Shown: positions 30,085-40,700, numbered from the stretch's first letter. The stretch: DNA of 64,000 bases from a virus (IMGVR_UViG_3300032038_000015:32001-96000), one strand, 5' to 3'. The notes: generated from the letters alone by a model not told the origin. Numbers and translations are program-made.

Positions 30085-30879
30085 ATGGCTAATACAGCAA
30101 ATAAGGTAATAAATGTGGCTGCAAAGGAAGTTGGTTACCTAGAAAAGAAAACAAATGCATGGCTTGGCAGCAAAACTAAAAATGCAGGCTCAAACAATTA
30201 CACAAAATATGGTAAGTGGTTTGGTATGAATGGTGTGTATTGGTGTGCTATATTTGTAAGTTGGATTTTTAATAAAGCATTTGGAAAAACAAAAGCAAAA
30301 GAATTATTATGTGGTGGATTTTCTGCAAGTTGTGAAACTCTTAGGCAACAGTTTATTAAAGCAGGCAAATATACAGGCGGTAAAACTACCCCCAAAAAAG
30401 GATATATTATTTTCTTTGTAGGTTCTCGCCATAATGGAGCAAATCATATAGGTCTTGTATATAAGGTTGAGGGTGGACGAATTTATACAATTGAAGGTAA
30501 TACATCAGGTGGATCGACAGTCGTTGATAATGGTGGTGGTGTAGCGTACAAAAGTTATCTTATTGGTTATGGAAAAATCCTTGGTTATGGTAAACCGTCT
30601 TATGACAAAGATGTTTCATCTTCTATTACTTCAACAAATTCTGCATCTGCAAAATTAACTGCACCAAAACCTACATTAAAAAAAGGTGTTAGTGGTGCTT
30701 CTGTGAAAACGTTGCAGAAATGTTTGAATAAAGCCATTAAAGCAGGATTAACAGTAGATGGAGTTTTTGGTGATGATACTTATAAAGCCGTTGTAAACTT
30801 TCAGAAAGTATATAAAATTAGTGCGGATGGTATTTATGGAACGAATACTTACAAAAAATTAAAAGCGGTAATTAAATAG
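30085..30879 (+). CDS. endolysin (CHAP domain plus PG_binding_1)
   Basis: WCAIFVSW, HIGLV, TIEGNT; LKKG..V..LQ..L and DG.FG..T. Confidence 0.92.
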   Translation: MANTANKVINVAAKEVGYLEKKTNAWLGSKTKNAGSNNYTKYGKWFGMNGVYWCAIFVSWIFNKAFGKTKAKELLCGGFSASCETLRQQFIKAGKYTGGKTTPKKGYIIFFVGSRHNGANHIGLVYKVEGGRIYTIEGNTSGGSTVVDNGGGVAYKSYLIGYGKILGYGKPSYDKDVSSSITSTNSASAKLTAPKPTLKKGVSGASVKTLQKCLNKAIKAGLTVDGVFGDDTYKAVVNFQKVYKISADGIYGTNTYKKLKAVIK

Positions 30880-30888
30880 TATTAGATT

Positions 30889-31437
30889 ATGAAAGAGCGG
30901 ATTCATTTGGATTCGCTCTTTTGTTATGTAAAGGAGAGAAAGGAAATAGCACAGAATCCAGGAAAGATTTTTGAACAGTCGATTAAAGATTCTGTCCCAA
31001 ATACATGTTGGATTTATCGTTTCAGGGATAATGCAGCATCGTTTGGGAATGGAAATAATACTAGATTTGCTAGTAGTAATATTTGTGATTATCTTCTATT
31101 TGATGATGATTCAAGGACGTTGTATTTGCTCGAATTAAAATCAACTCAATCAACAAGTCTGCCATTATCAATGATTAGAGATAATCAGATTAAATCTCTG
31201 CAAGAAGCAAGTGAACATAATCTTGTTGCAGGATTTATTTGTAATTTTAGAAATGAAAATAACGACACGTTCTTTATAGAAATCTGCGATTTCGTAAAGA
31301 TGATGGAGAATATAAATAAGAAGTCGTTCAATATTAACGACTTGAAAAATAATAATGCTATTCAAATAAATAGCAAAAAGAAACGAACTAGATATACATA
31401 TGACATTCAGAACTTTGTCAACGAGTCACATTTGTAA
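30889..31437 (+). CDS. recU: RecU-like Holliday junction resolvase (start uncertain, possibly ATA 30946)
   Basis: GKIFE..I, CDY, LELKST, IRDNQIKSL. Confidence 0.8.
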   Translation: MKERIHLDSLFCYVKERKEIAQNPGKIFEQSIKDSVPNTCWIYRFRDNAASFGNGNNTRFASSNICDYLLFDDDSRTLYLLELKSTQSTSLPLSMIRDNQIKSLQEASEHNLVAGFICNFRNENNDTFFIEICDFVKMMENINKKSFNINDLKNNNAIQINSKKKRTRYTYDIQNFVNESHL

Positions 31438-31452
31438 AGGAGAAAAAGGAAT

Positions 31453-32073
31453 ATGAAACTTTTAGAGTTTGTAGAAAAGTATAACAACACAGCAAATAAC
31501 ACATTAAAGGAACAGCTATTAAGTAAAATAAAAATCACCCCATATGTTTCAATCATTAAGAAAGATGCTTACGCACAGCTAATTGTAAATAGAACCATGT
31601 TTGAGCAGGAATCTTATGATGATAACGGAGTAACAAAGTATCGTAAAACAGATAAGATTAGAATTAATTCTGTTGCTCAGTATGTACAGTTTTGTCGTGC
31701 TGTGATTGAATTATATACAGACCTTGAGATTGATGAGGATGATAAAGGCTTTATTAATGGATATGATGCACTCAAATCATCTGGTTTACTTGATATTTTA
31801 ATGGTTGGTTCTGATAAATCTGATCCACTTATTCCTATGAGTGAATTAAGTGAATTTAAAACAATTTTAACAATGAAACAGTCAGACACTCAGTTTAATG
31901 AGACAACCACTCAGGCGTTTATTAGTAAACAGATTGGAAGGATTTCTGATTTGGCAAATGCTACTCTCACACCACTTATGGACGTTGTAAGTAAGAAGCT
32001 TGATGAGATTCCAAAAGAAGATTTAGATAAGGTTGTTGAGTTTGCTAAGAAAGGTAATTTCAAAGAAGTATAA
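31453..32073 (+). CDS. hypothetical protein (possible tail assembly chaperone)
   Basis: Position upstream of the tape measure gene. Confidence 0.45.
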   Translation: MKLLEFVEKYNNTANNTLKEQLLSKIKITPYVSIIKKDAYAQLIVNRTMFEQESYDDNGVTKYRKTDKIRINSVAQYVQFCRAVIELYTDLEIDEDDKGFINGYDALKSSGLLDILMVGSDKSDPLIPMSELSEFKTILTMKQSDTQFNETTTQAFISKQIGRISDLANATLTPLMDVVSKKLDEIPKEDLDKVVEFAKKGNFKEV

Positions 32074-32216
32074 GTAAATTCAAATTTCTTGTGAAATATT
32101 TAGGCTCTATACGCGTCACAGCGTATAGGGCTTTTCTTATGGAGAGTGGTTACTACTACTCTCTTATTTTAGTGAAAAAATAATGAAATTATAGTGAAAT
32201 TTGGGAGGTGATTGGG

Positions 32217-32675
32217 ATGGCAAAAAATATATATGCAGATTTTAAAAAGAAGTTAGACAGAATTGAAAATCATATGGCTGAGGAAGTTGCACCACAGGTA
32301 AATGAATTATTAAAAGAATCTGTTAGATATTCATTGATAGATTGGTACGACGACTATACTCCACAGTCTTATGAAAGAACATATAACTTCATGAAAATTC
32401 TTGATTCTACAAGAACACGAGGAAAAGGAAATGTTATTCGTTTTTCGGTTGATTCAGGTGCAATGGATTCATATGTCGGTTGGTTTGGTCAAAGTTTACA
32501 GCCAAGTACAGCTTTCGATTATATGTTTATGGATGGAGAACATGGTCATGGAAAATGGATGATGCATCAATCATTACCTCCATATATGTATGTTGAACGA
32601 GACATTGAAAGTGGATTTGGTGGTCGCTTAGACAAAATTATAAATAATAGAATAGATCAAATTTTAAGGAAGTGA
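32217..32675 (+). CDS. putative tail completion protein
   Basis: Y.P..YERT motif; position. Confidence 0.5.
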   Translation: MAKNIYADFKKKLDRIENHMAEEVAPQVNELLKESVRYSLIDWYDDYTPQSYERTYNFMKILDSTRTRGKGNVIRFSVDSGAMDSYVGWFGQSLQPSTAFDYMFMDGEHGHGKWMMHQSLPPYMYVERDIESGFGGRLDKIINNRIDQILRK

Positions 32676-32683
32676 GGTAGAAA

Positions 32684-35600
32684 ATGCCAGGTACATATCA
32701 ATATGATGTAGAAATCAAATCGAATGTAGCAAAACTACTTTCAGATATGAAACAAGTCCAAGACAGATTAGATACTGTTGAAGGAAAAGAATATAAAATC
32801 AAATTAAATGTCGATGAGAAGAAATTATCTAATGTAATTTCTAATCTCGAAAAAATGCTTGACTCTCTTGGTAAAGGAACAGGTGACTTCAAACAGTTTG
32901 AGAATTTATCAAAGGAACTGTCAAGTATTGTATCAGAAGTACAGAGTTTAAGTAAAGCCTTTGGTAAAGTAGATGATTCTGGTGCTAAAACACTACTCTC
33001 TTCTATCAAGAACATTGATAAGTCACTTTCTGAACTGAGTCAGAATATTCTCAATGTTAATAAAAACATGAGCAATATGGGTGGCAATACGAGTGGTGCT
33101 GTCAAACAAGTGGAGAATATTAGTAATGCATATCAAAATGCTGCTAAAGAAGCTGAGAAGTTGGCTGATGCACAGAGTAAAATTGGACAGAAAACGAATA
33201 TTTCATCTGGTTCTGATTCTGCTATTGAACAACAAAATAAATTTCAAGAAGAGTTAAAAGAAACTCAGAGACAGGCTGAACAAACAGCAAATTCAGTAAA
33301 TTCTATTTCTAATAGTAATTCACCTATTCGTGATTATTGGAAGAAATATGGAACTTCTAACAGAGATAGTTATATAACAAATAAATCTAATGTTACATAC
33401 GATACAATTGTACGACAATTAACAGAAGAAGAAAATGCTTCTAAAGGTATTATGCGTCAGATTAGTAAATTTATTGATCCTAGTAATATAATGCAAGGTA
33501 TTGACACGGACTATTTTAAAGCAGTGGATCAAGAATTACAAAAGATTGGATATCATTTAGACGCAATTCAAATAAATGAAAAAGATCACATCGCTTCAGC
33601 AAAAATTCTTCCAATAGATGATAAAGCTATTACGAATGCTGAGGAAATGGAACGTATATTAAAGAATATACAATCTTCTACCACATCTCAAAATCCAATG
33701 AATGACGCATTTCCTAATACTGATACGAAGTTGGATGAAGCTGTTACATCAGCAAAAGAATTAGATAAAACTCTTGAGCAGGTAGATATACCTACTGACA
33801 GCTTTGATAAAGTGTTAGAAAAGCTTGATAGAACCAAATCTGAATTAGTTGATATTGTTAAAATTACTAAACAGTCGGTTTCTGATGCTGATGGAAAATT
33901 TCACGATTCGTACACTTTAAAAGACAGTCGTGGTTCTACTGAAATTTATGGTGTGAATTCCAAAACTGATAAAGGTCAGATCCTTCGTCAGAATATTGTT
34001 GGATATGATGTTAAAGCTAATGCAAAAGCCAATCTTGAAAATGCTAAAAATATTAAAGCTGAATGGGACAAAAATCTAAAAGCAATCCAAGATTATATGG
34101 ATGCTGTTACAAAGCTCAATAATCTTAAAGCTAAGGACAAAGGCACTGGTAGCGAAGCAAATCAGATTGCGTTACAGACACAGAATGTTGAGGAATTAAA
34201 ACAGGCTGCATGGGATGCAAGAAAGAACTTGTCTTCTATGCAAGCAGAAAATCCTGATATCATCGCATGGAAACAATGGGTTGATATGATGGAACTATTC
34301 GATCAGGCTTCTAAAGGTTCTGCTGAATCAGCCGCAAAACTCAAAGATGCATTAAACAATATAAAAGTTCCATCTCTTGATAAATATGAGAATAAACTTT
34401 CTTCTTATTTAAATAAGACAGGTGGATATGATGCTACTATTGCAAGATTTAACGATGGTGGCTGGACAAGTGATACATATTTAAAAAATGTACAGGCTGT
34501 ACGTGATGCTGTTAAGCAGTACGCAACTCTTCTCGACAATATAAAGACTAATCAAAATGGTATCGCTAGTGATGAGGATATTCAGAACTTAGACAAATAC
34601 GAAAAGAAAATCAAAGATACTATAGCTGCTGTTACCAATATGTCGGCTGCTGAGAAGGGATATAACTTTGTTTCAGGTCAGAAAGAATTAGACAAGATTC
34701 ATAAGCTTCTCAATGAAAATAGTAAGATGTCTTCTGAAGCAAAGGCTAAAATTAAAGCTTACTATGCGGAAATTGAAAGCGGTAATCCTAGTATGAGTCT
34801 TGACAAGATTCATGGTGAAATCTTAAAGATTTATAATGCTGAAGTCGAAGCTGGTCGTGCTGGCAGAACATTATGGGACACTTTGAAGAATAGTGGATTC
34901 CATCAGATCGCTGCACAGATTGCAGGAATGTTTGGTGTTTATGATGCTATTAATCTGGGTAAAGAAGCGATTAGTACCATTGTAAGTCTTGACGATGCTT
35001 TAGTTGATTTGAAGAAAACTACAGCAATGAACGAAACTCAGCTTGAGCAATACTATTATGATGCTAATGATGTTGCGAAACAGATGGGTGTAACTACAGA
35101 AGAGATTATTAACCAAAGTTCGGCTTGGAGTAGACTTGGATACAATACTGCTGAAGCTTCTACAGAAATGGCAAAACTTAGTTCTCAGTTTGCTTCTATT
35201 TCTCCTGGTATGGAAGTTGACGAGGCACAGTCTGGCTTAGTCTCAATCATGAAAGCATGGTCAATAAATCCAGACCAAGTAAAGTCTGAGATTATGGATC
35301 CCATAAATAAGCTTGGAAATACAATGGCTGAATCTAACCTTGATATCGTTGAAGGTATGGAACGTTCTGCCGCTGCTCTCGCTGCTGTTGGAACTTCCAC
35401 AAAAGATGCTTTTGCTTTATTTTCAGGTATACAAGAAGTTTTGCAAAATGCAGAAAAAAGTGGTACGTCCCTCAAGAGCGTTGCTCTACGACTGCGCTCT
35501 TTTGACGAAACAACAGGAGAATATTCTGAAGATTTGGCAAATATCACGGGAGAATTAATAGATTTAACTAAAACTGCTGAACACGCTGAAGGTGTTTCTA

Positions 35601-35809
35601 TTTTTAAACCTGGTTCAACCACAGAGTTCAAAGATTTAACTGATTATTTCAGAGAGATTGCAGGTATCTGGGATGAGATGTCACAGAAACAGCAAAATGA
35701 TTTCCTAATCAAAGCTTTTGGTCGTAATCAGGCTCAAGCAGGTGCTGCTCTTATTCAGAACTTTAAAGCTGTTGATAAAGCTCTTGGTGAAATGGATGAA
35801 AGTGCTGGT
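32684..35809 (+). CDS. tape measure protein, exon 1 (1042 codons)
   Basis: Coiled-coil with TP901-type TMP core (LDDALVDLKKT, WSRLGY, GTSLKSVALRLR); ends DESAG. Confidence 0.88.
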
Positions 35810-36532
35810 AAATTTACTACCAGAATATACAGTAATGTATATATAGAATATATTTAATTGCAGGTAATGCGTAAAGCCTTGCACCACAATAATCAGGAAA
35901 CTAGATTATGATGGGACGAAAGTAGAAACAACGCAAGGATGATATAAGGTTAAAAGCCTAAGTATCAATTTTATTAATTTTATATAAATTAGGAATCGCT
36001 GTTCATGCAGCCAAGTATCCTAACGTATTCCGTAGACCATACGGTACTTGAGTCGAGGATAAAGGTTCAACGACTAGATTCATGTCGAGTTACCGACTTG
36101 AGAATAAGGGTGGAAATCCCGAATATCGGTAACAAAAATCGTAGGGCGCAATCGCAAATGGCGTGGGTGAAATCCCCTTAAATCGAAAAAGTATACTCCT
36201 CTTCTATTTAATAGAAAGGATGAAGAAATAGTCTAAACGTTATACGAAAGTATAAGAAGTTATTGCTTAATAAAGATGGTGGATTGAATGGAAAATTTTA
36301 AGTGTAAATCTATAAGACTATGTAGATATTTATATAGTTTAGGTTTTGATAAACAATCAAAGTTTGATAAAAACAATAATGAATATTGGTTATTTAAGAA
36401 ATCTGATGAATTACAAAAAGCATTAGATTTCTTTTTTATTTGATAGTTTGGTAAAGTATAAAGCAATCGAAAAAATAAAATAAATATTTAAGCAATAACT
36501 TTCTATGTTTTGCGAGCATAGATAATAAATTG
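35810..36532 (+). ncRNA. group I intron 1 (IA-like) in the tape measure gene
   Basis: P AATTGCAGGTAA, Q CATGCAGCCAAG, R GTTCAACGACTAG, S AAGAAATAGTCT; upstream exon ends in U and intron ends in G; removal restores SAG|SSDKEM in frame. Confidence 0.88.
36288..36443 (+). CDS. intron-encoded 51-aa DUF5659-like protein
   Basis: MENFKCKSIRLCRYLYSLGF...YWLFKKSDELQKALD; enclosed by stem GTTATTGCTTAA/TTAAGCAATAAC. Confidence 0.6.
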   Translation: MENFKCKSIRLCRYLYSLGFDKQSKFDKNNNEYWLFKKSDELQKALDFFFI

Positions 36533-36766
36533 AGTTCAGATAAAGAAATGGAAGCCGTAGAATCCTCTCTTTCCTATAAAATCAACGCACTCAAGGAAAC
36601 TTGGGTTGGTTGTGTACAGGATATGATAGATCGAGGAGGCTTGGGTACAATTGTAACTGGTCTTACAAAGGTTTCAGAAGGAATCACTTTTGTAATTGAT
36701 AAATTGGGTATTCTTGGATCTATTGGATTAGGAGCAGGGATATTTGCAGGAATTAAAAATGTCGGT
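36533..36766 (+). CDS. tape measure protein, exon 2 (78 codons)
   Basis: SSDKEMEAVESSLSYKINALKETW...GIKNVG. Confidence 0.85.
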
Positions 36767-37238
36767 AGGGATAAAATGTATTCCCTTAGTTTTTGAATAT
36801 GCCGACAACATGCATAATTTACTCTGGATACAGAGGTTTAAAGTATGTTATCCGTGAGATACACGGTGATAAATAAATAATTGGAACAATAATCGGGAAC
36901 TGCGTACAACGGTCTGGTAATGCAGACGTATCACCACTCTCCTATTATGGCGACATAATTAGGTTCGTAAAAGCGTGACGCTCAAGGAATCCGATGGGAC
37001 AGATCTCTCTGAGATAAGCCCTCACTGTAGCGACAACTTCCACATCAAGTTATATGCAACGATGCTTGATGAATATGCGCTCGATACTACCTGACACAAC
37101 AGGACAATCTGTGATGGATTGTAAAATGCAGAAACTTATCTTCTGTTGTTTGAACATATCGTTCCTATGTGTATTGATAAGATGGAACAAAACCAAGAAA
37201 TCTCGATTTTCTGTCGAATAAACAGAGAATAATAAAAT

Positions 37239-37262
37239 AGAGAGTAGAATACTCTACTCTCT
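37239..37262 (-). terminator. intrinsic terminator for the antisense cargo transcripts
   Basis: 10-bp stem AGAGAGTAGA/TCTACTCTCT; T-rich tail on the - strand. Confidence 0.65.
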
Positions 37263-37301
37263 TATATATGAAAATGATATAATATTCCCTCACTAGACTC
37301 A

Positions 37302-37385
37302 CTACATAAATTTGAGAACAATAACGAAAATTGTGACTGCAATCACAAATCCGCTAGTACCATTAAACTTAATAGTAAACTTCAT
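37302..37385 (-). CDS. 27-aa hydrophobic peptide MKFTIKFNGTSGFVIAVTIFVIVLKFM (type I toxin-like)
   Basis: RBS AGGAGGG; own promoter TTTACA-16-TATAAT with extended TG at about 37521-37548; about 130-nt 5' UTR. Confidence 0.65.
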   Translation of the reverse strand: MKFTIKFNGTSGFVIAVTIFVIVLKFM

Positions 37386-37616
37386 AAAAATCCCTCCTAA
37401 CATACATTACATATATAAGGAGAAGTAAAGCTTTGTTCTTAAGCCTCAGTAAAGACAGCCGTGTAGATATTGTCTAGCTCCACATATCGCACTGTTTTCA
37501 GTGCATCCACCTCAATGAATATTATATCACGAGTAAAGTTTCTGTAAAGTCTAAACGTTTGTTTTACTTTATGGAGAATAATAAAATAGAGGACAGTCGT
37601 GATGACACTAAAATAG

Positions 37617-37655
37617 CCACGCAAGCCCACTCCTTTAGGGGTGGGATGGATAGCA
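37617..37655 (+). mobile_element. isolated IS200/IS605-type end hairpin
   Basis: AAGCCCACTCC-TTTA-GGGGTGGGATG resembles the hairpin at 62850-62875. Confidence 0.55.
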
Positions 37656-37789
37656 CATTTATTTTATTTTATATTATATATCCTACCACAATTCGGACAT
37701 TTATATGATACCATTTTGTATGCCTCCTTTTATATAAATCTACAATTACATTATTATTGTGTATCCACAACACATTATATCATAGTATG

Positions 37790-40700
37790 ATATTCAAAAC
37801 AATAACAGATGAATTAGGAAATACAAAATTATCAATCAATAACAGATTTAAAGGATTATTTAGCGGAGATTTTTTTAAGAAAAAAAGTATATTAAGCGAT
37901 GACGATATTTCTGCGATACAAGCGTATAATGCAGAAATAAACAGGGGGGTTACATCTCAAACTGCATTTTATAGAACAATGCAAAATGCTTCTGTAGAAG
38001 CACAAAATATGGCGGCATCTGCCAATGGAATGGTTGTTAATTTAGAACAAATTCCAAAAGTTTCTAAAGCGGGACAAGTAGCACTTAGAGGTCTTGCTAT
38101 GGCTGGCAATATAGTTGCTGAAATTCTAGTAGGATTTGTAATATCTAAAGCTGTTGAAGGATTGGATAACTATATTCATCGAGTAGAAAATGCCAAAAAT
38201 GCTCTTGATGAATTTAATTCTTCGGTAAAAGAACAACAGAAAGATATTTCGTCACAGGAGTCATGGATTTCTGAAAATGGAAAACAATTTGAGGAATTAT
38301 CAAAAGGTGTAGACAAATATGGTCATAATATATCATTGACATCTGACGAGTTTTCGGAATATAAAAATCTAACAAGTCAAATTGCTGAAATGTTCCCTAC
38401 TATGATTACTGGATATAATGAACAAGGCAGGGCAATATTAAAAAATAAAGGTAGTATTGAAGAACTTACAAAAGCATATCAAGAAAATCAAGATGCTTAT
38501 TATGCTAATATCCGTTCTAAATCTACTAAAACTTTTGAGGATTATAAGACAGAAACTAAAGGTGATGTTAAGAAGAAAAATACTATTGAAGAGTTAATGA
38601 GTGGGAATTTATCTTCCAGGTCAATTAGGAACATACTTGGCAAAGAGGAAGGACAACTCATAGACATTGATAACAACAAAGGTATATCTTCTGCTGAAAT
38701 ACAAAATGCTTTAGGTAAAGACTTATACAATAAACTTTATGAAGAATTGAAGAAAATGCCAATAGGTAAATTTGATGCTTCATTTGAAGATTTATCACCA
38801 GAACTCCAACAAAAAATCAAAGATATATATTCAAAATTAAATGATACAATAGATACAGAATCGGAAAAAGTGCGTCCTATTCTACAAGCATATTTACAAG
38901 GTGATACATCTGGATATGATGAATTAGACGCTGAAGCCCAAACTGCTGTCCAATCATTCATTCAAAACGTAGATAATTCTTTCTTCGAGAATTTTAAAAC
39001 TGATAACGACATGGAAACATGGATACGCCAGAATGTCGTTGAGCCTTTAAAAAATGGTGTAAATAGTGATGAATTAGCTGTAAAAATTCAAACACTATTC
39101 TCTCTCGATCAAAAGGATTATAAAAGTTATCAGGATTATGTAAATGCTGTATTAGCTATTATAAATTCTTTGAGTAAGATGAAGGATAAAAATGGCAATG
39201 TAATCTATAACGATAAACAAATAAATACGATGAAAACACAATTTGGCGTTGGCGATGTAGATTCGGATGGTAATGTATCTGGAAATAAATATATAAGTTC
39301 CGTACAGGATAAGTTTAAAAATGTAAAAGGTGCAAAAGATTATATTACAGGATTAAATAAAGAAGAATTAGACACAGTTATGCACTATAAGCTTGAACCA
39401 GATAAAGATACATCTGTAAAAGATTTAAAAGATTTCATTAAAAACGAATTACAGCCAGAGGCAAATAAAAAAGAGGAGAAAGTAAAATTCTCTGTAGCAT
39501 TTAATGATGGTGACTTTAAAGATGTAAAAGAAAAGCTTCTTGAACTTGCTAAGGCAGGACAACTAACACCGTATACAATATCTTCTACAAAAGAATATAA
39601 TGCTTTATTAGAAGATACTGGATTATCTGCTGAAAAGGCATATAAAAAGATAATGAAAATTGCACAATCAGATATGAGTGAAGCTGATTGGAAAACTACA
39701 CTTACAAATGCACGTTCTCAAATTGCTGAAATTAAAAATCTAAAAAAGGAATTAAAAAAGAACGGTGAGAGTTCTGATTTTATGGATACTATTCTTGAAA
39801 AATTCCCACAGTTAATTGGTTATCTTGGTGATCAAAAGGGAATGCAAGAACAGTTAAATGAATTACAAAAGGAACAAGAAGATGTTGCCAACAATGCATA
39901 TATGCATATGGTTGAAAATAGTGAATCTTATTATTCGACATTAAAACGGAAAGAAGCAGAAAGATTAAAAACAACAAGCAATACAATAAACAAAATAGTT
40001 AATGGTAACGCTGGTCTTGTGAAAGCTTTAGGTGGTTACTATAAAGTCGATTTAAGCAACTACGCTTCAATTGCTAAGGCGAAAGCTACATTAGAAAAGA
40101 ATTTAATAACAAATCTTGCTAGTGCGTGGAGCAAATTTTACAAAGTACAGGTAAATGCACAAACTGGATTAGCAGAAGTCCATAACGATAGCAAAACTGT
40201 CCCAAGTGAATATTTAGAAAAAGCCAACGGGGATTATGGTAAAGCTGTCAGTATGATGGTAAAGGAACAAAATAAACAAAAGAACTCTGCTTTGAAAGCA
40301 GCGAAAGCATACAATGAAGCGATAAAGGGTTTTAACTCAATTATAAAGAATCCAGGTGTATCTACAAATGTTAGCAGTAGTGGAGGAAATAATAAATCTA
40401 AGAAAGCAAAAGCTACCTATCAAAAATTCTCTCAAACAATCGACTGGTGCGCTCAAACATTAAAGAAACTGTCTGCACAGATAGACAATGTACAAGCAAA
40501 ATTAAATAACACTTCTGCCCTATCGAAGCAGATTTCTTATTATAAAAAACTTGTAAAATCTCAAAACGAACTTGCTCAAAGTTATGAAAAAACAGAAAAT
40601 AAATACAACAAAGTGTATAAAAATGCTTTGAAAAAGTTGTCAAAATCAGACCAGAAAAAAGTTAGAGATGGTTCTTATACAATTGAACATTTTAAAGGTA

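Larger units (their letters stand above)
36767..37789 (+). ncRNA. atypical group I-like intron 2 carrying antisense cargo
   Basis: P1 GTCGGT/GCCGAC with U-G pair; P10 10 bp; P4 ATCGGG/TCCGAT; P3 TGGAA/TTCCA; P9.0 ATACTA/TAGTAT; terminal G; in-frame join NVG|IFKT. Confidence 0.8.

Noticed and set aside
37464-37476. TAGATATTGTCT as the S element/P7' of intron 2, pairing with GACAA
   Set aside because: P8, P9.0 and P9 all place P7' at about 37076-37083, and this segment lies in the antisense peptide leader. Kept only as a less likely alternative.
37757-37789. ORF-track N-terminus MCIHNTLYHSM of the 1867-aa ORF
   Set aside because: No SD; the segment is better explained as the intron 3' end (hairpin, P9.0, terminal G).
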